The notes: generated by a model from the letters alone, not told the origin. A stretch of DNA of 64,000 nucleotides from an uncultured delta proteobacterium (GCA_963716725.1 CAVQUB010000015.1:352001-416000), one strand, 5' to 3'. Counted from the stretch's first letter, positions 1 to 10,464 are shown. Program-made: numbers and translations.

Positions 1-2008
1 CGATGTGGCGCACTGGGCCGCGCGGGCGCGCTGGCGCATCACCGAGCTGTCGGACCTGGTGCGCCTCGGCGTGTTGGTCCCCCGCGAATGGCAGCAAGTC
101 GACCAAGCCCACGAATTCCACTGGCGAGTGCGAAACCTGCTGCACGCCTACGCGGGTCGGCGCGCCGACCGGCTGAGCTTCGACCGCCAGGAGCAGATCG
201 CCGAAGATCTGGGCTACGGCGGCGGTGGCCCGGCGGTCGAACGCTTCATGAGCGACTACTACCGCCACGCGCGGGCCATCGAGCACGCCCGGGACATGAT
301 CCTCTCCCGGGCGTTGCCGCCACCGACCCGCAAGCCCCACGCCGTCGGCATCGGTCGCGGGCTCACGCTGGTCAACGGCGAGGTGAGCATCGCGCACCCG
401 GGCGCCCTGGACGCCGAGCCCGCGCTGGTATTCCGCCTCTACGACGAGGCCCTGCGTCGCGACGTGCCGGTCTACGAGTTCGCGCGGGACTTGGTGGCGC
501 GCAGCGCGAGCTCGCCCGCCTTTGCCGAACGCCTTCGGTCCAGCGACGAAGCCGCCGGGCTCTTCGTGCGCCTGGTGATGACCGTCCAGAGTTCACGTCT
601 CAGGTACGAGTCGGTGCTGGCCGAGCTGCACGACGTCGGGCTCTTGGTGGCGATGATCCCCGAGTTTTCACCGGTGGTCGGTCGGGTGCATCACGACGTC
701 TACCACGTGTACACCGTTGACGCGCACTCGGTGGCTGCGGTGGACCGGCTGCGCGCGCTCACGCGGGGAGATCTCGCCGCCGAGTACCCGCTGGCGTCAC
801 GTCTCGCCGCCGAGATCGCGCGACCCAAGGTGCTGTTCTTCGCGACGCTGCTGCACGACGTCGGCAAGGACATCGGCGGCAAGAACCACTCGGAGCGCGG
901 CGCCGAGATGTGCGCGGGCATCCTGGAGCGAATCGGCTTTTGTGCCGAAGAAATCGCTGAAATTAGCCACCTGGTCGCCCAGCACCTGCGCATGTATCAC
1001 GTGGCGACCCGGCGCGACATCGACGATCCGGCGACGCTCGAGGACTTCTGCCGCGACGTGCACGGCAGCGAAGGACTCCGAGAGCTCTATCTGCTCACGG
1101 TCTCGGATGTGTCCACCACCAGCCCCACCGCCATGACGAGCTGGAAGGCGCGCATGCTCGACGAACTCTACGTCGGCGCCATTCGACACCTCGACGCGGG
1201 GTCCGAGCCCTTGCGGGGGCTCGACCAGCGGGTGGCGGCCATCGTCTCCGAGTCGGACGAGGTCCAGCTCCGGCCCTTTCTACAGCACTTCGTCCGGGCC
1301 ATGCCCGAGCGTTATCTGCACGCAAACTCGGCAGAGGACATCCGGACGCACGCCCGCTTCGCGCGCGCCGCAGCCGAGCGTCCGCTCACGGTCGACCTTC
1401 TCACCACGGACGATCTGCATCATCAGCTCGCGTTCGTCTCGGACGACCGTCCGGGCCTGCTCGCGATCTTCACCGCCACGCTGGCCGCCGCACGTCTGCC
1501 GGTGGTGGGCGCTCAGATTTACTCGTGGACGGATCAGAGCGGCCGCGTGCGAGCGCTGGACCTGTTTTGGGTCAAGAGCGGACGCGACGCGCAGGAGACC
1601 CGCTCCATGCTCCCGCGCCTCGAGCGTGATCTGGCGAGGCTCCTCGCAGGGGAGGTCACGCCGGCCGAGCTCGTGGCCGGGGGCCGTGCGGTTCCTCGCT
1701 ATCAGGTCGGGCATACGCCGCACGTCGCCACCGAGGTCAGCGTCGACCACCGTGCGACCGCCCACACGGTCATCGAGGTGACCACCCGAGACCGCCCCGG
1801 CCTGCTCTTTTGGCTGTCCAATACCTTGCAAGAGGCGGGGCTCGGCATTTCCCTGGCCAAGATCAACACCGAAGGCACCCGGGTTGCCGACGTTTTCTAT
1901 GTGACGGATGCCTCGGGAGCCAAGCTCGAGGACCCCGCTCGCATCGAAGAGCTGAGGCGCCGTATCCTCTCGACCGTCGCGCAGCTCGAAGCCCTGGAGA
2001 CTCGATGA
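1..2008 (+). CDS. glnD: [Protein-PII] uridylyltransferase/uridylyl-removing enzyme, 5' end outside window
   Basis: HD domain (YHVYTVDAH...LLHDVGK), DVSTTSPTAMTSWK motif and two C-terminal ACT domains (DRPGLL twice, RVADVFYV). Confidence 0.93.
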   Translation, partial: DVAHWAARARWRITELSDLVRLGVLVPREWQQVDQAHEFHWRVRNLLHAYAGRRADRLSFDRQEQIAEDLGYGGGGPAVERFMSDYYRHARAIEHARDMILSRALPPPTRKPHAVGIGRGLTLVNGEVSIAHPGALDAEPALVFRLYDEALRRDVPVYEFARDLVARSASSPAFAERLRSSDEAAGLFVRLVMTVQSSRLRYESVLAELHDVGLLVAMIPEFSPVVGRVHHDVYHVYTVDAHSVAAVDRLRALTRGDLAAEYPLASRLAAEIARPKVLFFATLLHDVGKDIGGKNHSERGAEMCAGILERIGFCAEEIAEISHLVAQHLRMYHVATRRDIDDPATLEDFCRDVHGSEGLRELYLLTVSDVSTTSPTAMTSWKARMLDELYVGAIRHLDAGSEPLRGLDQRVAAIVSESDEVQLRPFLQHFVRAMPERYLHANSAEDIRTHARFARAAAERPLTVDLLTTDDLHHQLAFVSDDRPGLLAIFTATLAAARLPVVGAQIYSWTDQSGRVRALDLFWVKSGRDAQETRSMLPRLERDLARLLAGEVTPAELVAGGRAVPRYQVGHTPHVATEVSVDHRATAHTVIEVTTRDRPGLLFWLSNTLQEAGLGISLAKINTEGTRVADVFYVTDASGAKLEDPARIEELRRRILSTVAQLEALETR

Positions 2009-2988
2009 CCAAGCTCACGTCGCTCACGTTCGTTCTTCTCCTGTCCGCCTGCGCGGGCGGAACGCCGGCCAAGAACCCCGACGGGGATCCTCCCCCCTTC
2101 GACGATCCAAAGGGCAATTCTCCGCCAACCGCTCCCGCCTCGAGCGCCAAGGTCAAGGACGGCATGGACGCGATCGCCGCGGGAGATTTTGCCAAAGCAA
2201 AAGAGATCCTGACCGCCGCCGTCAGCGAAGCCCCGAACGATCCCCAGGCGGCGTTCTACCTTGGCGTCGCCCTCGAGAACGGCGGCGACGTCAAGGGCGC
2301 TCGCGAGCACTACGAGCGGGCGCTGTCCCTGGACGGCAAGCTGAGCGAGGCGGCGGTGAACCTGTCGGCGTTGCTGCTCGACGCAAACGAAGGCAAGGCC
2401 GCTCTCGACGTGGTGCGGGCGGCGATCAAACACGCGCCGACCCACCCCATGCTGCTGATGAACCGCGCGCTGGCTCTGGAGGCGACGGGCGACGCGGCGG
2501 CGGTGGCGGCCTACGGCCAAGCGGTGAAGGCACAGCCCGACAACCTCGAGCTGCGCTACGCCCACGCGGAGCTCTTGCTCGGCGCGGGCAAGAAGGACGA
2601 AGCCCTGGCCGAGTTGCGCAAGGTCAGCGCGGGCGCCGACGGCAAGCTGATCGCGGCGGTCGCCACGCTCTTCGGCAAACTCGGAGCTTTCGCTGACTGC
2701 GTGGGCACCCTCGACAAGGTCATCGGCGCGAGCCCAAAGCCCGATCTGCTCACCCGACGTGGCGTGTGCCGTCACGAGTTGAAGGACGAGCCCGGCGCCA
2801 AGAGCGACTACGACGCGGCGATCAAGCTCGATCCCAAGTACGCGCCGGCGCACTACTACCTGGGCATGCACTACAAGACGGCCAAGAAGACCAAAGAGGC
2901 CAAGGCTGCTCTCGAGAAGGCCGTGGAACTCTCCGGGGGCAAGGGCGTGGGCGAGGCCGCCAAGAAGGAACTCGAAGACCTCAAGTGA
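2005..2988 (+). CDS. TPR-repeat lipoprotein
   Basis: ATG overlaps glnD stop (ATGA); lipobox LLSAC; several TPR-like repeats (AAFYLGVAL, AHYYLGMHY). Confidence 0.8.
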   Translation: MTKLTSLTFVLLLSACAGGTPAKNPDGDPPPFDDPKGNSPPTAPASSAKVKDGMDAIAAGDFAKAKEILTAAVSEAPNDPQAAFYLGVALENGGDVKGAREHYERALSLDGKLSEAAVNLSALLLDANEGKAALDVVRAAIKHAPTHPMLLMNRALALEATGDAAAVAAYGQAVKAQPDNLELRYAHAELLLGAGKKDEALAELRKVSAGADGKLIAAVATLFGKLGAFADCVGTLDKVIGASPKPDLLTRRGVCRHELKDEPGAKSDYDAAIKLDPKYAPAHYYLGMHYKTAKKTKEAKAALEKAVELSGGKGVGEAAKKELEDLK

Positions 2989-3700
2989 GCTCGGCGCGGC
3001 CGGGCGCTGTTCGGAGCTTGCGCAACATCAGCAAGTGCCCGAGCAGCGCCAGTTGGACCAAGAAGGTCGGCAGCCACACCCAAGGGAAGTAGGCGACGAT
3101 CTGGTTTTGCGGCGTGAACAGCCCGAAGGGTTTTGGGAACGAGAGCACCGCCAGCGTCACGATGGTGACGAGTAGCGCCAGTCCGATCGTGTTCCACAGC
3201 CTGAGCACGCTGGGGGACACGCCGCCGCGCCGATGAAGTACCCAGAGCACCAATGCGCTGGCGCCGGTGAGGATGTCGAAGTTCAAGCCCGCGAAGGTCA
3301 TCTGCACCGGCAGCACGCGGTGGCCGTGCAGTTGGTGGAGCAGGACCTCGAGGGGCAGCCGGAAGATCTGGACCGCGATCAAGAGGCCGAAGGGCAGCCG
3401 CTCGGCAGCCCAAGCGCCGGCGCGCGAGAACGAGAACGTCACAATCAAGACGACCATGGGCACCACGACGCGAACCAGCATCGGCGGCATGGCGTCGAAC
3501 TGGGACAGGACCCCAGCGTTGGCGAGGTACGCCGGGACGACGAGCCAGACCCCGAACCCGAGGCGCAGCAGGACCGACATCCGAGTGCCCGTGGACAGCG
3601 CGCGGAAGGCCGCGAGCACGGCGGCGACCCCCCAGGCCACGAGAGCGTAGAAGGCGTAGGTCAGCCAAGCCGGGAGCGCGGTGATCAGCAGGAGATGCAC
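2981..3700 (-). CDS. Polytopic membrane protein, unknown function
   Basis: About 7 hydrophobic segments; QIFRLPLE, GLNFDILTG and FPWVWLPTFLV motifs. Confidence 0.7.
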   Translation of the reverse strand: MHLLLITALPAWLTYAFYALVAWGVAAVLAAFRALSTGTRMSVLLRLGFGVWLVVPAYLANAGVLSQFDAMPPMLVRVVVPMVVLIVTFSFSRAGAWAAERLPFGLLIAVQIFRLPLEVLLHQLHGHRVLPVQMTFAGLNFDILTGASALVLWVLHRRGGVSPSVLRLWNTIGLALLVTIVTLAVLSFPKPFGLFTPQNQIVAYFPWVWLPTFLVQLALLGHLLMLRKLRTAPGRAELT

Positions 3701-3832
3701 GCCCGACCGGGTCTACCCCGCAGAGTGGCGTCGCGTCGAGGATTTCGCCCGGGGGGATGGCGATGGTCGGTACTCCGGAATGTCCGCGCAGGGCTCGAGT
3801 CGAGTACTCTCGAGAGCGCTCGTCCCGTCACC

Positions 3833-4777
3833 ATGCCGCTTCCACCCGTCGTCATCGAGCTCAGCGCGGCTGACGCCGCTTCGGCGCACGCCGGGGTCAT
3901 GGTGGCGGCTTGCACCCAGGCGGTGGCAGACGGCGAGTGCCAAACCGCAGTGAGCGACCCGGCTGACGCGCGGGCCATTGCCATGGTCTCGTGGGACCCC
4001 GCGCGGACGAGTGTCCGCATCGAGCTCGGCGTGAAGAGTGGGGGAAGCACTCGTTGGGTCAGTCGACGGTTGGACTTCCGCGACGGGGATCCCGAAATAG
4101 AACGCTGGCGCAGCGTGGGCTTGGTGGTGGGGACCCTGGTCGGCGAAGCCGAACAGGAAGTCGAGCGGACCCGCGTGGCTGAGAGCCCGAAACCGGGACC
4201 CACGCCGAGCCCGCCGGCCGCCCGCACGATCGACGTCTCACCCACGGTCCCGCCTCCGGCGCGGCCTTCCTTGCCGCCCACGCGGTTGTGGCTCGGTGTG
4301 GAGGCGGTGGTCGGGCCGGCGCTCGACGACGGAAGCTGGCGAACCGGAGCGGGCGTGCTCGCGCTCTATGACTTTCCCCGTGCCCCGGTGCTGGGGGTGG
4401 GGGCGCTTCGGTACGTCGCGCGACCCGCCGACGATCGCGACGTCGCCGCGCGCTGGTTCGGGCTCTCGTTTGGACTCGGGCTGCACCACGCGCCGCTCCC
4501 GCAGCTGCGCCTCGAAGTCCGGGGCGAAGCGTTGGTCGAGCGGATGGACGCCTCCGTCGGGGGCAGGCGGCGGGATGACGCGGGTCGCTGGTACCCTGGC
4601 GGGCGCTTGGTGCTCGGGGCCGGCGCCAGGGTCGGGGACTGGGTCACCTTCGTATTCGCCGGTGAGTTCACGGGTTTGAGCCAGGGCACGGTGATCACTC
4701 TCGAGGACGAGGTCGTCGGTCGCGCACCTCCGCTCACATGGGCACTCGGCCTCGGCGTGCGGCTCCGCGTGTTCTGA
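3833..4777 (+). CDS. Hypothetical protein preceding ECF sigma factor; C-terminal half beta-barrel-like
   Basis: ATG at 3833 within ORF 3233-4777; Pro-rich linker, then alternating beta-strand pattern ending LGVRLRVF. Confidence 0.55.
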   Translation: MPLPPVVIELSAADAASAHAGVMVAACTQAVADGECQTAVSDPADARAIAMVSWDPARTSVRIELGVKSGGSTRWVSRRLDFRDGDPEIERWRSVGLVVGTLVGEAEQEVERTRVAESPKPGPTPSPPAARTIDVSPTVPPPARPSLPPTRLWLGVEAVVGPALDDGSWRTGAGVLALYDFPRAPVLGVGALRYVARPADDRDVAARWFGLSFGLGLHHAPLPQLRLEVRGEALVERMDASVGGRRRDDAGRWYPGGRLVLGAGARVGDWVTFVFAGEFTGLSQGTVITLEDEVVGRAPPLTWALGLGVRLRVF

Positions 4778-4807
4778 AGCTGCCTGCTGCGGGCCTCGGC
4801 GGGTACG

Positions 4808-5467
4808 ATGGTTGTGATGAGTTCTGCTCGGCGTGCAAAACCCTGGCTGCGACCGGTGCCCGACGCGCCGGCGGCCGCTCCGCCCCGGGCGCCGGTCCAA
4901 GACGCCGAGATCATCGCGGCCGTGGTCTCCGGGGACGGAGCCGTCGCGGGCGAGCTGTACGACCGACTCGTGAGCACGGTGGACCGGACGCTGTATCGAG
5001 TGCTCGGTCGCCGTGAGGCAGACCACGAAGATCTCGTGCAGTCGGCGTTCGAGCAGGTCGTCAAGACACTGGCCACGCAGCGCTTTGCGGGGGCGTGCAG
5101 CCTGCGCACCTGGGCGTCGAGCGTGGCGACCCGCGTCGCTCTCAACGCGTTGCGCTCGCGGCGGCGCGAACGTGGAGTATTCGATCGCACGGCCATCGAT
5201 GCCGAGTCGTCCACCGCCGGCCGCGACAACCCCGAGCGCGACGCATCGATGCGTCGCGAACTCGATCGTTTGCGCGCCGAGCTCGCGGACATGAGCCCTG
5301 CGCGTGCGGAGGCGCTGCTCTTGCACGATGTTCTCGGGCATGACCTCGCGGAGATCGCAGCCATCACCGGTGTGAGCATCGCAGCCGCTCAATCCCGCTT
5401 GGTGCGGGGGCGTCGCGAGCTGATGAATCGCGTGGGGCACGCACCGGCGAAAGGAACGGGTCGGTGA
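4808..5467 (+). CDS. ECF (sigma-70 group 4) RNA polymerase sigma factor
   Basis: Region 2 (DHEDLVQSAF, LRTWASSVA) and region 4 HTH (LAEIAAITGVSIAAAQSRLVRGR). Confidence 0.9.
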   Translation: MVVMSSARRAKPWLRPVPDAPAAAPPRAPVQDAEIIAAVVSGDGAVAGELYDRLVSTVDRTLYRVLGRREADHEDLVQSAFEQVVKTLATQRFAGACSLRTWASSVATRVALNALRSRRRERGVFDRTAIDAESSTAGRDNPERDASMRRELDRLRAELADMSPARAEALLLHDVLGHDLAEIAAITGVSIAAAQSRLVRGRRELMNRVGHAPAKGTGR

Positions 5468-6576
5468 CGGATCGACCGTCCACCCCGGACCTGCTGCGCG
5501 ACTGGGCTCGCGGGCCGATCTCGGTCGAAGACGCGGACGTGGACGACGCACGCCGGGCACGCATCGTGAGCGGGATCGCGCGGGGCATTCGCGAGGCCAA
5601 GGTCGAGGGAGATCGGAAGCGGGGAAGGGCTCGCGCCGCCATCGTCTTGGTCGCGGCGGCCGCGCTCGCGGTGCTGGTCGGCGGCCTCTGGCGCGGCTTG
5701 CGCCCCAGCGCCGAGGTGGTCGCGCGCTTGATCCCGAGCTCGACCGGCGTCCTGGTGATTCGCGGGGCGGAATCCCGGGTCTCGCTGCCGAACGCCGAGC
5801 AGCCACTCTCGGGCGGCGACGTGGTGACGACGGTGGTCGACGCCAGCGCCTCGATGCGCCTCGCCAGCGGCGCCGAGGTGAACATCGGGCCGAGCACGAG
5901 GGTCGCGCTGGCTCGCGCGCAGATCGGCGACGAGCAGATCGACCTGAGCATCGGTGAAGTCGCGCTGCGTATCCCGCCGCTCGGTGCGGGCGGCAGCTTC
6001 CGCGTGCAGACTCCGGACGCCCGAGTGGTCGTGCACGGCACCGCCTTCGTGGTTCGGGTCAGCCAGCGAGTCTCCTCCCCAGGCACGATCACCGAGGTCA
6101 GGGTGAGCGAAGGCAAGGTCTCGGTGGAGCGCCAGGGCTCGCAGCTGGATTTGCTGCCCGGGCAGAGCTGGAGCTCGAAGGAAACGCTCGCGGCCGAGTC
6201 GGTTCCTGCGGTGGTCGCCCCTGCTGCGCCCGCCGTCGAGACGGCCGAGGCCACTCCTGCGCCCCTGGCGGCCAAGCCGACCAAGATCGCAAAGAACGAT
6301 CCCTCGGCGCTCGCCGAGCAGAACCGCCTGTTCGCGGCAGCGGCTGCCGCACGCCGTCGGGGCGACGACCGCGCTGCGCTCGGGCAGTGGAACCAGCTCC
6401 TCTTGCGCTACCCCGATAGCCCGCTCGCTCCCGAGGTGCGCGTCGAGCGATTCCGGGCGCTCAAGCGCCTGGGCCGCGGCGTCGAGGCGGCGCGGGAGGC
6501 GCGGCGGTATCTGCTCGATCATCAGAGCGGCGCGGCGCGGGACGAGGCCCGCGGCGTCGCTCTCGATCCAAAGTGA
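5464..6576 (+). CDS. FecR-domain anti-sigma factor with C-terminal TPR-like domain
   Basis: Single TM, FRVQTPDARVVVHGTAF...VSEGKVSV FecR motif, YPDSPLAPE helical tail; coupled to the sigma factor (GTGA). Confidence 0.85.
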   Translation: MTDRPSTPDLLRDWARGPISVEDADVDDARRARIVSGIARGIREAKVEGDRKRGRARAAIVLVAAAALAVLVGGLWRGLRPSAEVVARLIPSSTGVLVIRGAESRVSLPNAEQPLSGGDVVTTVVDASASMRLASGAEVNIGPSTRVALARAQIGDEQIDLSIGEVALRIPPLGAGGSFRVQTPDARVVVHGTAFVVRVSQRVSSPGTITEVRVSEGKVSVERQGSQLDLLPGQSWSSKETLAAESVPAVVAPAAPAVETAEATPAPLAAKPTKIAKNDPSALAEQNRLFAAAAAARRRGDDRAALGQWNQLLLRYPDSPLAPEVRVERFRALKRLGRGVEAAREARRYLLDHQSGAARDEARGVALDPK

Positions 6577-6583
6577 GGCTCGC

Positions 6584-7174
6584 TCAGCCCTTGCACTCGT
6601 GCTCTGAGGGGTCGCAGCTCTGACCCTCTTTGCAGTGCCCGTCCGCCAGGCACTCGACGCACTCCGAGTCCAGGCAGTGAAGCTTGTTGCCGGAGGTGCA
6701 GTCTGCGTCGCTCGCGCATTGTCCGCACTCACCGAGCACGCACCGAGGCTTGGAGCTGCTGATGCAGTCGAAATGATCGCGACACTGGACGCACGCGCCT
6801 GTCGCCGGGTCGCAGTGCTCGCTACCCGAGCTGCAACCCGCTGCGCAGGACTGACGGCACTCGCCGTCGGGGGCACAGGCCTTGCCGGGCTCGCAGTGCT
6901 GAGACACCAAGCAACGCACGCAGCGCGCCCGTTGGGGGTTGCAGAACTGCTCTTCGCCCAAGCACTGCTGGGACGAAGCGCACGCGCCGGTGCCGCCTCC
7001 CGCACCGCCGGTCGCCGCGGCGCCGCCGCTGCCAGGCAACAGCGCCAACTCTCGATCGCCCCCGCAGGCCACCATGGCCGCTGCGAAGGCCAGCTGTGCT
7101 GACAGGGCGCGCATAGCGACAAACCTAGCCTCAATTGCGCCTCGAGGCAGGTTAAGCGTGCCTGCCTGATCCAT
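6584..7174 (-). CDS. Cys-rich repeat lipoprotein (true start probably near 7114)
   Basis: Lipobox MVAC, Gly linker, repeated CVxCxxDxxC units. Confidence 0.7.
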   Translation of the reverse strand: MDQAGTLNLPRGAIEARFVAMRALSAQLAFAAAMVACGGDRELALLPGSGGAAATGGAGGGTGACASSQQCLGEEQFCNPQRARCVRCLVSQHCEPGKACAPDGECRQSCAAGCSSGSEHCDPATGACVQCRDHFDCISSSKPRCVLGECGQCASDADCTSGNKLHCLDSECVECLADGHCKEGQSCDPSEHECKG

Positions 7175-7227
7175 CGCCGCTGCGGGTACTGTCCTGAGCG
7201 AGAACCGTTTGCTTCCTGGAGACCCAC

Positions 7228-7977
7228 ATGCACATTCACCATCCCCTGTTTGGACTCCGCGGCTTCGGCGCCGCGCTTTTGGCCCTGAGTTTCGCCTTCG
7301 CCTGCGGCAGCGACGACGACGCGGGGTTCACCGACTCGGGCAACCTGCCCCAATGCAAGACCAGCGCGGATTGCGGCGGCAACGATCCCTTCTGCCAGGG
7401 CGGGCGCTGCGTGGCCTGCCAGGCGAACGCCGACTGCACCACCGCGGGCACGGTCTGTGACGGAGTCACGGGGGAGTGCAAGGCGACGTGCGCGTCGAGC
7501 GCCGAATGCGGCAACGACACCCCGCTCTGCTCGGACAAGCGCGGGGTCTGCGTGCGGTGCCAGACCAATGCGGATTGCGGCGGCGGTGGTGACGCGCTCT
7601 GCAACACCACCATCGATCGCTGTGTCGAGTGCAAGACGAGCACGGATTGCGGCGCCACCCAGCCCATTTGCGAAGTAGTTAGGGGTGAATGCCGGGAGTG
7701 CATGCTGGATGCCGACTGCCCTGCGGCGCGCCCCAAGTGCGACGACCACGAGTGCGTCTCGACGGGCTGCACGAACAACGATCAATGCGGAGGGGACCGG
7801 CCGTACTGCAACGCCGCAGCCAAGACCTGCGTCGAGTGCCTCGAAGACGCCAACTGCGCCGGTGGCGGCGATCCGGCCTGCGACAAGGCCCAGGGCCGCT
7901 GCGTCGAATGCACCAACAACGAGCACTGCGATCAGGGCAAGACCTGCGACCTGAAGGCCCTGAAGTGCAAGGGTTGA
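7228..7977 (+). CDS. Cys-rich repeat lipoprotein
   Basis: Lipobox AFAC; about 9 C-x3-DC / CVEC repeats. Confidence 0.8.
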   Translation: MHIHHPLFGLRGFGAALLALSFAFACGSDDDAGFTDSGNLPQCKTSADCGGNDPFCQGGRCVACQANADCTTAGTVCDGVTGECKATCASSAECGNDTPLCSDKRGVCVRCQTNADCGGGGDALCNTTIDRCVECKTSTDCGATQPICEVVRGECRECMLDADCPAARPKCDDHECVSTGCTNNDQCGGDRPYCNAAAKTCVECLEDANCAGGGDPACDKAQGRCVECTNNEHCDQGKTCDLKALKCKG

Positions 7978-8011
7978 GCAGACTCGGGTTGGTGTATTCT
8001 CAGCGCCAGCC

Positions 8012-8431
8012 ATGCCACCGCTGCCCGCCGTCTCACGAGCGTCGCTGACCCTCGGAGCGTTCATCATTGCGGTCGTCACGCTCTCAGCCTGCATCTCGAC
8101 CCGGCAGACGCTGACGCCGGAAGCAGCGAAGGTCCGCTACGTCGAGCAGAAGATCGAGCCGGAGTGCGAGATGATCGAGGAGATCACGGTGGGGCGAGAG
8201 TGGTTCGTGACCGACGAACGACAGCCCGCACAGAGCAAGGACGACGTCGTGGTCCGCATGCGTCGGCTCGCGGCCAAGCGTGGCGGCAACCTGGTGGTGA
8301 TCCTCGAGAACGAGCCGCCGAACTCGAAGTGCTCCGGCTACAACGGCCTCGGTCGGGTCTATCGCTGCAACGCGGAGCAACTTTCGAAGCTGAGCGGCAG
8401 CGGGGAGCCCGAAGCGCCGGCGGCTCCGTGA
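8012..8431 (+). CDS. Small lipoprotein (DUF4156/RcsF-like)
   Basis: Lipobox LSAC; LTPEAAKVR...C...AAKRGGNLVV...GRVYRC pattern. Confidence 0.6.
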   Translation: MPPLPAVSRASLTLGAFIIAVVTLSACISTRQTLTPEAAKVRYVEQKIEPECEMIEEITVGREWFVTDERQPAQSKDDVVVRMRRLAAKRGGNLVVILENEPPNSKCSGYNGLGRVYRCNAEQLSKLSGSGEPEAPAAP

Positions 8432-8533
8432 ACGGCGAACGCCGCCTCACGCTGCCCGGTTGAAATTCTGTCGTCGGCCGTGGCAGTCTGCCGGCTCCCA
8501 GAAAGGCTGGCGCCGCGCTGACGGTGCAGTCAC

Positions 8534-10464
8534 ATGCTCGAGCGTCCCACTTCAACCTCCCACCGCGTCTTGGCGGTCAACACCCTGGCGTTCACGGTCT
8601 GCTTCGCCGTCTGGATGCTCAACGGCGTGCTGGTCACGTTTCTGGCGAGCAACAAGGTCTACGACTGGGGGCCGGTGCAGGTCGGTTGGTTGATGGGCAT
8701 CCCGGTGCTCACCGGCGCGATTTTCGGCTGCCCGCCGGCATTCTCACGGACCGCTTCGGCGGCAAGCCGGTGTTCGCGGGCTTGCTCTTTTTCTGTGCCT
8801 TGCCGCTGGTCGCCTTGTCGCAGGCCAATTCCTTTTGGAGTTTCGCGCTGTGCAGCTTCGGCTTCGGCCTGTGCGGCACTGGCTTTTCCATCGGCATCGC
8901 CTTCACCTCGGTGTGGTACCCCAAGCGCAACCAGGGCACGGCCCTGGGCATCTTCGGCGCGGGCAACGCCGGCGCGGCGGGCACCACCTTGCTGGCGCCC
9001 ACGCTGCTCAAGCGGCTGACCGACGACGGCGCGAACCTCGAGGGCTGGCGGACCCTGCCGTTGCTCTACGCGGCGCTGATGGTCGCCATGGGCGTCGTGT
9101 TCTTGGCAACGGCCAAGAACCGCAAGCCGGAGGTCACGAGCAGATCCGTCGCCGAATCGCTGAGGCCCCTGCGCCAACTCCGCGTCTGGCGCTTCGGCCT
9201 CTACTACTTCCTGGTGTTCGGCTGCTTCGTAGCCTTCTCCCAGTGGCTCGTGCCGTATTTCGTGAACGTCTACCAGACCAGTTTGGTGGTCGCGGGCGTC
9301 TTTGCCGCGTTGTTCAGCTTTCCCTCGGGAGTCATTCGAGCCTTGGGCGGGTGGCTCTCGGACAAATATGGCGCTCGCATCGTCATGTACTGGGTGCTCG
9401 GGGCCTCCGTCGTGTGCAGCGCCCTGGTCATCGTGCCCAAGATGGAGATCGTGTCACCCGGTCGCGGAGTGACCGCCACCGAGGCGGGCGTGGTGACGGC
9501 GCTCGACACCGAGTCCATCACCGTCGGAAGCGTGCGCTACTCCCTGCGGCGCCGCCCGGAACAGCTCGCAGAAGGTGACGCCCAAGCCTTGATTCTCCCG
9601 ACCAAGGACGCCTGGCATCAGCCGCTGGTCGAAGTCGGACACAGGGTTCAGAAGAAGGAGCTCTTGGCCAAGGGCGTCACTCGCATCTATTTCCAGGCCA
9701 ACGTCTGGGTGTTTGCGGTGATCGTGATCGTGCTCGGAGCCATCTGGGGCATCGGTAAGGCGGCGGTCTACAAACACATCCCGGACTACTTCCCGAACGA
9801 AGTGGGCGTGGTGGGCGGCATGGTGGGCGTGATCGGCGGACTCGGCGGCTTCGTGTGCCCGATCCTCTTTGGCTACCTGCTCGAAGGCACGGGCCTGTGG
9901 ACCAGCTGCTGGATGTTCATGTTGGCCATCTCGCTCGTCTGCTTGGTCTGGATGCATCGAGTGATCGGGAAGTTGACCAAGTACCCCAAGGGCTTCGAGT
10001 CCCAGTACGCCGACGCTTCGCGCGTGCTGCCCGGCGACCTGCTGAGACCGCTGATGCGCTGGCGCGACGACTTCAGCGTGGGTGAGCCGACCATGGACGC
10101 GCAGCATCTGAGGCTGCTCGACTTGATCAACCAGCTCGACGAGTTGGTCCAGAAGGGCGGCGACCCATCCGATCTCTCGCCCGTGCTCGACGGCGTGATC
10201 GACTACACCAAGACCCACTTCAGCGCCGAGGAGGCCTACCTGGAGGAGATCCGCTTTCCCGACCTGGAGGAGCACAAGCAAGCTCACGCGCTCCTGCTGA
10301 GCCAAGTCATGGAACTGCGCGGCGACGCACTGAGCGGTGACCCTCGCGTCATGACGCGGCTGCTGCTCTTCTTGCAGACCTGGCTGCTCGGGCACATCGC
10401 CACCGTCGACAAGCAATACGCTGCGCACGCCGCCGAGACTGCGACTGAGCCGGTCAGGGCCTGA
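8534..10464 (+). CDS. narK: NarK/NasA-family nitrate/nitrite MFS transporter fused to a C-terminal hemerythrin; one frameshift near 8725
   Basis: N-terminus in frame 8534 (TLAFTVCFAVW...IPVLTGAIF) continues in frame 8524 (RLPAGILTDRFGG, GTALGIFGAGNAG, FGLYYFLVFGCFVA, IRALGGWLSDKYG); hemerythrin from about 10054. Confidence 0.85.

Noticed and set aside
5389..8094. Long antisense ORFs (e.g. 5389-8094, 35910-37538, 44400-46049)
   Set aside because: Shadow frames of real high-GC genes with no recognisable motifs
8431..8533. FNR or sigma-54 site upstream of narK
   Set aside because: TGAC-N6-GTCA has the wrong spacing for FNR, and no good -24/-12 match was found
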